The position numbers and the translations under genes were made by a program. Source: an uncultured Lactobacillales bacterium (GTDB lineage Bacteria; Pseudomonadota; Alphaproteobacteria; CAYJES01). Taken from it: 64,000 nucleotides of DNA. The stretch covers positions 17,872 to 81,871 of the forward strand of contig CAYJES010000003.1 in assembly GCA_964369365.1 (NCBI GenBank), given 5' to 3'. The notes below the pieces were generated by a model. That model ran no database searches. It was not told where the DNA came from and saw only the letters and a program-made list of their open reading frames with translations. Below are positions 19,249 through 27,534 of this stretch, in pieces. Within the stretch, counting starts at the first letter, position 1; each line of letters opens with the position of its first letter.

Positions 19249-19918
19249 AACCTTTACCCCTTACTGTTTGAATATATCTTGGCTTTTTAGTATCTTTTTC
19301 AATTTTTTTTCTTAGCCTTGTTATTTGAACATCAACTGTTCGTAAATTAGACCCCCCAAGAACAGATGCTATTTCTTCCCTAGTTATCATTTCACCAGGA
19401 GTTTTTGAAAGAGCTTCTAATATAGACGCTTCTGCTGGCGGCAGTTTTATAAGAATATCTTTTTCAAATAACTCTTTGCGAGATAAATCATAAGAAAATT
19501 CATCGAATACTAAAATATTTTTGCCTTTATCAGATGGCTTAGATCTTTTAATTATATTATTAATCCTTAAAAGCAATTCTTTTGGTTCAAATGGTTTTAC
19601 AAGATAGTCATCAGCTCCCTTTTCAAGCCCTGTAATTCTATCTGCTGTATCGCTCATCGCTGATAGAATTAATATAGGAACATCACTTTTTTGCCTGATT
19701 TTTTTAGTCAAAACCAATCCATCTTCGCCCGGCATCATTATATCCAAAACAATCATATCAAATTTTAACAAATCCAAAATATCAAGAGCAACAGCTGAGC
19801 AATTCCCTGCAGACACAACAAAATCATTTTCAGATAAAAATTTCTTTAAAAGACTAAGTAACTTGTCGTCATCATCAACGACTAAAATATGTTTTTTTTC
19901 TTGTGATGTTTCTGACAT
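19229..19918 (-). CDS. ompR: OmpR-family response regulator
   Basis: REC domain (ILVVDDDDKLLSLL...LDIMMPGEDG) plus a winged-helix domain (...IQTVRGKGYALF). Confidence 0.85.
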   Translation of the reverse strand: MSETSQEKKHILVVDDDDKLLSLLKKFLSENDFVVSAGNCSAVALDILDLLKFDMIVLDIMMPGEDGLVLTKKIRQKSDVPILILSAMSDTADRITGLEKGADDYLVKPFEPKELLLRINNIIKRSKPSDKGKNILVFDEFSYDLSRKELFEKDILIKLPPAEASILEALSKTPGEMITREEIASVLGGSNLRTVDVQITRLRKKIEKDTKKPRYIQTVRGKGYALFPD

Positions 19919-19925
19919 TTATTTT

Positions 19926-20486
19926 TTACTCTTGCATATGTTTTAGCCCAGAACGAAGGTAATCATAACCTGTTATAACGGTAAGTATTGCAGCAACCCA
20001 AAGCAATAACTCACCCAAAAATTGAAATGTCACATCATGAGCAAGAGCAGGAGCAAGGCTTAGCCCCCCAAGAGCCAACATCTGAACTGTGGTTTTCCAT
20101 TTTGCAAGTTTTGTGACGGGAACACTTACTCGCAGCTCTGCTAAAAATTCTCTTAACCCCGAAACCAATATTTCACGGCAAAGTATTACAATCGCAGGAA
20201 TAATACTATAAGAGCTGATTGATTCAGTTGCAACCAACATCATTAATAATGAGGCAACCAATAATTTATCTGCTATTGGATCTAAAAACCTACCTAATTT
20301 AGAAATTTGGTTAAGGTGTCTTGCAACATAACCGTCAAAAAAGTCAGTTATGCAAGCAAACATAAAAAGAATAGCTATCGTCCAATTTGACCAGTCTGCT
20401 TTAACAAAAAAACAAGCGATAATAATAGGAATAACAATTATTCTAGAAAGCGTTAATATATTTGCGAAGTTTAACATAGTTTTCAC
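19926..20486 (-). CDS. pgsA: CDP-diacylglycerol--glycerol-3-phosphate 3-phosphatidyltransferase
   Basis: NILTLSRI...DFFDGYVARHLNQISKLGRFLDPIADKLL is the CDP-alcohol phosphatidyltransferase motif. Confidence 0.85.
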   Translation of the reverse strand: MKTMLNFANILTLSRIIVIPIIIACFFVKADWSNWTIAILFMFACITDFFDGYVARHLNQISKLGRFLDPIADKLLVASLLMMLVATESISSYSIIPAIVILCREILVSGLREFLAELRVSVPVTKLAKWKTTVQMLALGGLSLAPALAHDVTFQFLGELLLWVAAILTVITGYDYLRSGLKHMQE

Positions 20487-20503
20487 CCTTTTATTAGAAA
20501 TTT

Positions 20504-22294
20504 TTACACATTAAAATAATCATACACTTTTTTTGCAACATTGTCATTAAATCCTGAAACTTTTTTTAAATCACTTAAAGATGCTTGCTTAACACCTTTT
20601 ACAGAACCAAAATGTTGCAATAATAATTTTTTTCGTTTTGCGCCTATTCCATCAATACCGTCAAGTTCACTTTTTATTGTTTCTTTGCCTCTTTTATGCC
20701 GGTGAGAGCCTATTGCGAATCTATGGGCTTCATCTCGTAATCTTTCTAAAAAATATAACGTTGTATCATCTTTTTCTAATAGAATAGGATCTGATTCAGG
20801 AATATAAAGTGTTTCTCCGCCTGCATTTCTTTTTTCGCCTTTTGCGATTGCCAATAAATTAATTTCTATACCTAATTCTTTTACAACCTTTAAAGCTGAA
20901 CTTAATTGACCTTTTCCACCATCTATTATTATCAAATCTGGTAAATCATTATTTAAAACACCGCGCTTTATTCTTCTAGTTAAAACCTCTTCCATCATTG
21001 CTGTGTCGTTTCCTGCATTTTCAGATTGTTTAATGTTGAATCTTCTGTAATCTTTTTTACTAAACCCTGTTCTTGTCGCGCACACAGCAACACCCAACGC
21101 AAAAGCAGATTGAATGTGAGAGTTATCATAAATTTCAATTTTTTCTAACATTTCAAGGTTTAATAGTTTTTGTAACTTATTAAAATTATTTTCCCAGCTT
21201 TTATTGCTTGCATTTTTTCTCAACATTGCATTTTTAGCATTTTGCAATACCTCTTTTAATATTTTTGCCTTTACTCCTTTTGGAGAAGTATTAACTTTTG
21301 TCTTTAACGCTTCTGCTATTGTCTCTGAAGATTCTATTTCTGGGTAAATAATTATTTCAGATGGAATCGGATAGTCTTTATAAAATTGACCTATAAAATT
21401 TTCCAACATGTTGTAACTCAAAAATTCTGGGAAATATACAAATGCTCCATAATTTTTCTCATTACGAATGAAAAATACTTGAATTGCTATATCTTCACCT
21501 TCTTGATACATTGCTATAAAATCGCCAGATACAATACCTTTTAAATCGTTATCCGATTGTGATTGAACTTGATTAAGAGCCCCTATTCTATCCCTATATA
21601 CTGCGGCTAGTTCATAATTTTGTTCATCGCTTGCCGCATTCATTTGATTGGCTAATTTTTTTTGAAGACCTGTGTCTTTACCATCAAAAAAATCAATTGC
21701 TTGCTTTACCAATTTATCATACTCTTCTTCACCTATACACCCTACACAAGGCCCAGAACATCTTTTTATTTGATACATTAAGCAAGGTCTGGAACGATTT
21801 TTAAAATTACTGTCTGAACAACTTCTTAATAAAAAAACTTTTTGAAGCAATGCAAGGGTTTTTGTGACTGTTTGTGCACTTGTAAATGGTCCAAAGTATT
21901 TTCCTATTTTTTTCTTTGCTCCTCTTACTTTTAAAATTTGTGGAAAATCGTGATCTTGACGAACCAATATATGAGCAAAGGTTTTATCATCTTTTAGCAA
22001 AATATTAAAGGGCGGTTTGAATCGTTTTATTAAGTCATTTTCCAACAAAAACGCTGTAGTTTCAGATTCTGTTGTAACTATTTCCATATCAACAGTTTGC
22101 GATATCATCATTAAAATTCTATATGGATGACCTTCTTGCTTAGTGTATGAAGCCACTCTTTTTTTTAGGTTTTTTGCCTTGCCAATATACAAAATTTTGC
22201 CATTTTTATCCAGCATTCTATAAACCCCAGAAGATTCTGGAAGGTTTTTTTGAATCGATTTTATGACCTCTATTCCTTTTTCGATATTTGACAT
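20504..22294 (-). CDS. uvrC: excinuclease ABC subunit C
   Basis: GIY-YIG N-terminus (GVYRMLDKNGKILYIGKAKNLKKRVASY). 596 aa with a C-terminal HhH region. Confidence 0.9.
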   Translation of the reverse strand: MSNIEKGIEVIKSIQKNLPESSGVYRMLDKNGKILYIGKAKNLKKRVASYTKQEGHPYRILMMISQTVDMEIVTTESETTAFLLENDLIKRFKPPFNILLKDDKTFAHILVRQDHDFPQILKVRGAKKKIGKYFGPFTSAQTVTKTLALLQKVFLLRSCSDSNFKNRSRPCLMYQIKRCSGPCVGCIGEEEYDKLVKQAIDFFDGKDTGLQKKLANQMNAASDEQNYELAAVYRDRIGALNQVQSQSDNDLKGIVSGDFIAMYQEGEDIAIQVFFIRNEKNYGAFVYFPEFLSYNMLENFIGQFYKDYPIPSEIIIYPEIESSETIAEALKTKVNTSPKGVKAKILKEVLQNAKNAMLRKNASNKSWENNFNKLQKLLNLEMLEKIEIYDNSHIQSAFALGVAVCATRTGFSKKDYRRFNIKQSENAGNDTAMMEEVLTRRIKRGVLNNDLPDLIIIDGGKGQLSSALKVVKELGIEINLLAIAKGEKRNAGGETLYIPESDPILLEKDDTTLYFLERLRDEAHRFAIGSHRHKRGKETIKSELDGIDGIGAKRKKLLLQHFGSVKGVKQASLSDLKKVSGFNDNVAKKVYDYFNV

Positions 22295-22402
22295 TGCTCG
22301 CTCGTTTATTTTTATTTACTACCTTGTTATATCAAGTTTTTATTGCAAATAAAATAATATAATGATATAAAGCCACTAATTTTTCAAAATTAGGAGATAT
22401 TC

Positions 22403-23320
22403 TTGATAAAAATATTCTATCATAGAGATTGTATTGATGGCAACGCATGCATTTGGGTTATGCGTAAATTTTTGGCTGAAACTCCTTTTACGCCAATTGG
22501 AATTGATTTCGGCTCAGATTATGAAACTGCTATTTTTTCAAATGTTAATAATGGAGATACTGTTTATTTTTTAGATTTTTCTCCTACTCATAAAGTTATT
22601 GATACAATTCTTCCTATAGCTGAAAAAATTTATATTATAGATCATCACGTTTATGACAGCACAATTTGTCATGACAAAGTAATCAGCTATATCAATGAAA
22701 ATCACTGTGCTGCTTATAATGTTTTTAAATACCTTTATCCTAATCGCGAAATTCCAAATATTATTAAATATATTGACGTTACCGATTTAATTAATACAAA
22801 AGCTATGAATTACTATGAGATTGCTGCATTTGTTAGAACTCTGCAAGAAGAAGGTTTGGAAGAATCTTTAAATGATTTAGAGCGCTATCAAGATATAGAT
22901 GTTGATTCTGTTATCAAAATTGGTAAAGAAGTGTTTAAGCAAGATTACTTAAAAATGGAAGAAGAGCTTGGCGAAATTTATTATAGAGAAATTGAAATAG
23001 AACGTGATAAAAAAATACTGTTCCCTATTGTTCATGCAAACATTTATGAAATGGGCGCAGAGATTGATTATAAATTAAAACAACTGTTGGAAAATCCGAA
23101 TCCTAATGGGGAAATTCCTCATATGTCTTGCGCATACTTTCATGATGATTATTTCATTCGCCTTAATATAAGAACGAATCCTCAGTATCTTGATGCTTCT
23201 TTTATTGCTTCTTATATTGGACATACTTTTGGTCTTGCGCCTGGTGGCGGTCACAGAAATGCAGCAGTAGCCAGATTCAGTCCTGAGCAATTTAAAAAAC
23301 TATTTAATATTGACGTATAA
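22403..23320 (+). CDS. DHH-family phosphoesterase (NrnA-like)
   Basis: Motif I H-R-D-C-I-D-G, motif III IIDHH, motif IV APGGGHRNAAV. Probable TTG start. Confidence 0.5.
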   Translation: MIKIFYHRDCIDGNACIWVMRKFLAETPFTPIGIDFGSDYETAIFSNVNNGDTVYFLDFSPTHKVIDTILPIAEKIYIIDHHVYDSTICHDKVISYINENHCAAYNVFKYLYPNREIPNIIKYIDVTDLINTKAMNYYEIAAFVRTLQEEGLEESLNDLERYQDIDVDSVIKIGKEVFKQDYLKMEEELGEIYYREIEIERDKKILFPIVHANIYEMGAEIDYKLKQLLENPNPNGEIPHMSCAYFHDDYFIRLNIRTNPQYLDASFIASYIGHTFGLAPGGGHRNAAVARFSPEQFKKLFNIDV

Positions 23321-23444
23321 TTTAAAAATTGGTTAAATTTTTGTAAATTTAACTTGCTTTTTTAGGATTAATATGGTATTATTATATTATGTTAGGCACA
23401 TTTCCTGATGTACGTTTTGTTGTGTCTTCGTTATTTTATTTAAA

Positions 23445-23783
23445 GTGGATGAAAAAGTTATGAGAGATTTACTAAAAACTAAAAATGATGGTCAACTTAC
23501 TGTCGCAGCATGGACTCTTTATGGAGCTTTAGCCTCGACACAATCAACATGTCTTGAAGTAAGAAAAAATATAGTTAAAAGAGAGCTAGGTTACCAAAAG
23601 AATAACTTTTCAACCGATATCTTAAAAACTTTAGAATTAAAATATTCTGCTGTTTGCGGGGATAATCTGACTCTTAAAGATTGCATTGACATTGCTCATA
23701 ACCGTCAACCAAAAGGAATTAACATTCCTAGCAATCACCTAGGTCTTTTTGCTATTTCTAATGATACTCAAAAAGAACGTTAG
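23445..23783 (+). pseudogene. glmU: remnant of the glmU uridyltransferase domain (N-terminally truncated, terminated by in-frame stops)
   Basis: Weak similarity to the distal part of the GlmU pyrophosphorylase domain (FSTDILKTLEL is like YITDIIALAY). It is in the same frame as the downstream acetyltransferase ORF, separated by TAG at 23781 and TAA at 23790. No N-terminal LAAGxGTRM region is present upstream. Confidence 0.4.
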
Positions 23784-23795
23784 TCGTTTTAATAT

Positions 23796-24416
23796 ATGCA
23801 AGATAAACTAAGAGAAAAATTTAAAAATTCTGGTGTTAATTTTATTGACGCCCATACCGTTTATTTTTCAGAAGATACAATTATCGGCAAAAATGTTACT
23901 ATTGAACCTTTTGTAGTACTAGCGAAAGGCGTAGTTATAGAAGATGACGTTACAATTAAATCTTTTACACATATAGAAAATTCTATCGTTCGTAGTAATA
24001 GTTTTGTAGGTCCTTTTGCAAGATTAAGAGGCGGTGCAGATGTTGGTCCGAACGCTCAAATCGGTGATTTTGTTGAAATTAAAAATTCGCGAATCGACGA
24101 AAATGCAAAAATTAACCACCTAGCTTATATTGGTGATGCAGAAATCGGCAAAAACACAAATGTGGGAGCTGGTGTCATTACTTGTAATTATGATGGGTAT
24201 AACAAATTTAAAACAACAGTTGGGGAAAATGCATTTTTAGGATCGAATTCTGCGCTTGTTGCTCCTGTGACTGTTGAAAGCGGCGCTATTATCGGTGCTG
24301 GGTCTGTTATTACAAAAGATGTTGAAGCAAATGCCCTTTCCTTTTCAAGACCAGATCAAACAACCATCGCTGATGGAGCTACTAAATACCGAGAAAAAAG
24401 AAATCCTAATAAGTAA
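23796..24416 (+). CDS. glmU: GlmU C-terminal left-handed beta-helix acetyltransferase domain only
   Basis: [27 protein letters not shown]...[53 protein letters not shown] is very close to the E. coli GlmU acetyltransferase domain. Confidence 0.75.
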   Translation: MQDKLREKFKNSGVNFIDAHTVYFSEDTIIGKNVTIEPFVVLAKGVVIEDDVTIKSFTHIENSIVRSNSFVGPFARLRGGADVGPNAQIGDFVEIKNSRIDENAKINHLAYIGDAEIGKNTNVGAGVITCNYDGYNKFKTTVGENAFLGSNSALVAPVTVESGAIIGAGSVITKDVEANALSFSRPDQTTIADGATKYREKRNPNK

Positions 24417-24417
24417 A

Positions 24418-25935
24418 TTATCTTAATTTATGTACTATTCTTCTGAACGACAAAGATTCTGCTATATGATTTGAGGTTATATTTTCTGATTTTTCTAAGT
24501 CTGCTATTGTTCTTGCTAACCTTAATGTTCTAAAATACCCCCTAGCAGATAACCCCATTTTTTCCGCACTTTTCACAAGTAAATTTTTAGCCGTTTCATC
24601 CATTATTACGACTTCTTCAAGGACTTTTCCATCTATTTTTGAATTGCTCTTTATGTCTAATCCCATTTTATTGTAACGCATTTTTTGAATATCAATAGCC
24701 GATTTAACTCTGGTTGCTATTTGAGCAGAAGTTTCTTCTGATGCTTTACTTGATAAATCCCAAGGAGAGATTTCACCTACTTCTATATGCACGTCTATCC
24801 TGTCAAATAAAGGTCCAGATATTTTTGATTGATAATCTTCGGCACATCTAGGAGCTTTCGAGCATTCTCTATCCTTCATACCTAAATATCCGCATTTACA
24901 AGGATTCATTGCTGCTATTAATTGAAAATCAGCAGGATATGTTACGTGATTATCTACCCTTGCAACCGATATTTCCGCTGTTTCCATTGGTTGACGCAGT
25001 GTCTCTAATACACTTCTTTGAAATTCTGGTAATTCATCAAGAAATAATACTCCTTTATGAGCAAGAGAAATTTCTCCTGGCTTTGCTTTTTTACCCCCTC
25101 CAATCATAGCAGGCGCAGAAGCCGTGTGATGCGGTGTTCTGAATGGCCTATACGACATCAACCCGCCTTCTTGTAACATTCCTGCTATTGAATATATCAT
25201 ACTGACGTCCAATATTTCTTTATTATCAAGTGGGGGAAGAATACTTAATATCCTAGATGCCAACATTGATTTGCCTGAGCCAGGAGGTCCTATCATCAAC
25301 ATATTATGCCCACCAGCAGCAGCTATTTCCAGCGCTCTTTTGGCTGTTGCTTGACCTTTTATTTCTGAAATATCTCCAAAAATTCTGTCGTCTGATTTTA
25401 TTTCTGTTTGAGGAGTTGAAAGTTGGTGCGTTCCTTTAAAATATCCGATTAAAGTTAACAAATCAGGCACAGCGACAATGTCTTTATTCCCAGCCCAAGC
25501 AGCTTCTGAACCTTGTGAATATGGGCAAATTATACCTTTTTCTTGTGATGTTGCCATCATAGAAGCTGGCAATATTCCATTTACAGAAGAAATCCTGCCA
25601 TCCAAACCAAGTTCGCCCATTATTATGTAATCAGTTAATTTTGATTTTGGAATGATTTCCATTTCAGATAAAATACCACAAGCTATTGCTAAATCAAAGT
25701 GCGATCCTTCTTTTAATAAATCAGCAGGAGCTAAATTTACTGTGATTTTCTTGGCCGGGAAACTTATCCCTACTGCGTTTAATGCTGCCCTTACGCGCTC
25801 TTTACTTTCATCGATTGCTTTATTAGGGAGTCCAACAATTTGAAACGATGGAAGTCCTGAAATTATCCCAACTTCCACCGCTATTTTTATTACATCTATC
25901 CCTTTAAAACAAGAACTATAAAGCCTGCATACCAT
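24418..25935 (-). CDS. comM: YifB/ComM-family Mg-chelatase-like AAA+ ATPase
   Basis: The N-terminal Lon-like domain begins MVCRLYSSCFKGIDVIKIAVEVGIISGLPSFQIVGLPN. Walker A is MLMIGPPGSGKSML. Confidence 0.85.
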   Translation of the reverse strand: MVCRLYSSCFKGIDVIKIAVEVGIISGLPSFQIVGLPNKAIDESKERVRAALNAVGISFPAKKITVNLAPADLLKEGSHFDLAIACGILSEMEIIPKSKLTDYIIMGELGLDGRISSVNGILPASMMATSQEKGIICPYSQGSEAAWAGNKDIVAVPDLLTLIGYFKGTHQLSTPQTEIKSDDRIFGDISEIKGQATAKRALEIAAAGGHNMLMIGPPGSGKSMLASRILSILPPLDNKEILDVSMIYSIAGMLQEGGLMSYRPFRTPHHTASAPAMIGGGKKAKPGEISLAHKGVLFLDELPEFQRSVLETLRQPMETAEISVARVDNHVTYPADFQLIAAMNPCKCGYLGMKDRECSKAPRCAEDYQSKISGPLFDRIDVHIEVGEISPWDLSSKASEETSAQIATRVKSAIDIQKMRYNKMGLDIKSNSKIDGKVLEEVVIMDETAKNLLVKSAEKMGLSARGYFRTLRLARTIADLEKSENITSNHIAESLSFRRIVHKLR

Positions 25936-25937
25936 GA

Positions 25938-26216
25938 CTAGTTATCAGGCCAAAATACATCTTTTTTCGAATGATATTTAATTGGATATCCATTGCTAGC
26001 AAATTCTGTTACTTCTACTTGGTAATATCCTTGGCTTTCTTTTTGGCTTATGCAATACTCTAACGCATTATAATAAGCACCCATAAAACCTTCTTCACAA
26101 TATGTGAATTGATTTTTCAATGAATGTTTAAGATATACTTTTTCTCCTGATGAGCTAAAATATGAACATCCTGTTAAACCAACCAAAACTAATGATAATA
26201 ATAATTTCATTTTCAT
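25938..26216 (-). CDS. small hypothetical lipoprotein
   Basis: Signal peptide plus lipobox (LVGLTGC). 92 aa. Confidence 0.4.
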   Translation of the reverse strand: MKMKLLLSLVLVGLTGCSYFSSSGEKVYLKHSLKNQFTYCEEGFMGAYYNALEYCISQKESQGYYQVEVTEFASNGYPIKYHSKKDVFWPDN

Positions 26217-26224
26217 ACCCTTTT

Positions 26225-26746
26225 CTATTTAACAATTATACTGTCTTTTACGCCCAAAACATCGTCTGTTTCTTTTATTATTCTAATAACTTCATTATGT
26301 TCATGTTTAGAGCTTGCTTGACCTATGATATATACTATTTTTCTGTATACAACTACTTTGAAATTTGAGCTTGCGATACTTTCATTTGCTAGCATTTTTG
26401 TTTGAATTACTTTTTCAGTAACCCAGCTCATTCCCATTTCACCTTTTTCTTGACCGTCTATTTCAATATAATCAATAATTTCTTTTACACCTTCTACTGA
26501 TCTAGCTTTTTTAAGAACTTCGCTTTCTGCTGCTTTATCGTCTACTGTTCCTACTAACATTACTCTGCCATCAAAAACAGTTACGTTTACTTCTGCAATA
26601 TAATTTAAAAGTTCATTATTTATGCTTAGTGCTATTGCATTATCGTCTATTGCTGTACCTATATACCTACTGCCATCACCTGTTTGATTTAAACTTACAC
26701 AAGAAGTTAACATTAAAACGACACCAACTATAAAAATATTTTTCAT
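26225..26746 (-). CDS. BON-domain (OsmY-like) lipoprotein
   Basis: Lipobox LMLTSC, then two BON-like repeats (...GRVMLVGTV..., ...KIVYIIGQA...). Confidence 0.65.
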   Translation of the reverse strand: MKNIFIVGVVLMLTSCVSLNQTGDGSRYIGTAIDDNAIALSINNELLNYIAEVNVTVFDGRVMLVGTVDDKAAESEVLKKARSVEGVKEIIDYIEIDGQEKGEMGMSWVTEKVIQTKMLANESIASSNFKVVVYRKIVYIIGQASSKHEHNEVIRIIKETDDVLGVKDSIIVK

Positions 26747-27129
26747 TCATCTATTCTCCAAGCGTTAATAATATGCATCGGAAATGAAAAAGGATTCATC
26801 AACAATGCGTCAAACCTTATATCAAATTTACTATATTTTGAATTAAATGCAACATACATTATAGCTGTTTTTTCAATTCTCTTTTTTGTGTCATAAGTTA
26901 TTGCATAACTACTTGATTCTTTTGATTTTCTATATTTTACTTCAACAAAGCATAGGGTGTTGCCAATTTTTGCTATTATATCAATTTCCCCCAAGCCTAT
27001 TCCTTTATGAGGACGATAGTTACGTTCTATTATTTCATAACCTTTTATTCTTAGCAAAAAACAAGCAAATATTTCAGCAAAAATCCCTTTCTTTCTTGAA
27101 TTTTTACCTTGTGCTTGCTTGTTTAACAT
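26743..27129 (-). CDS. yraN: YraN-family (UPF0102) endonuclease-like protein
   Basis: GIFAEIFACFLLRIKGYEIIERNYRPHKGIGLGEIDIIAK...CFVEVKYR. Confidence 0.75.
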   Translation of the reverse strand: MLNKQAQGKNSRKKGIFAEIFACFLLRIKGYEIIERNYRPHKGIGLGEIDIIAKIGNTLCFVEVKYRKSKESSSYAITYDTKKRIEKTAIMYVAFNSKYSKFDIRFDALLMNPFSFPMHIINAWRIDE

Positions 27130-27534
27130 TTATTCTTCTTCTGTCGTATCTATATCTTTTTGAACTTCTGGCAAGTGTAAAAGTTTTTCTATTTTATGAG
27201 CTTCATCAAAACTGTCATCTGCTATAAACTTTACATTAGGAGTGGTTCTGATGCGCAAATTTTGCCCCATTCTTTTACGAAAATAACCTTTATGTTCGTT
27301 TAAAAAATTAATGGTTTCTTCTGTATTGTCGCCTGATAATGGTAATACATAAGCCAAGGCTAAAGAAAAATCTGGAGTTATTTTTACCTGAGTTACCGTT
27401 ATTCCGTGCGAAGTAGGCAAAGGAAGTTCATGGCGAGAAAATACTTCTGCCAAAATCTTCCTTATTTCCATACTAACCCTTAACTGGCGTTGAGAAGGTT
27501 CATTCGTCGTATTTTTAAAAGTTTTACGAGCCAT
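27130..27534 (-). CDS. rbfA: ribosome-binding factor A
   Basis: QRQLRVSMEIRKILAEVF...; lies directly downstream of infB. Confidence 0.85.
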   Translation of the reverse strand: MARKTFKNTTNEPSQRQLRVSMEIRKILAEVFSRHELPLPTSHGITVTQVKITPDFSLALAYVLPLSGDNTEETINFLNEHKGYFRKRMGQNLRIRTTPNVKFIADDSFDEAHKIEKLLHLPEVQKDIDTTEEE

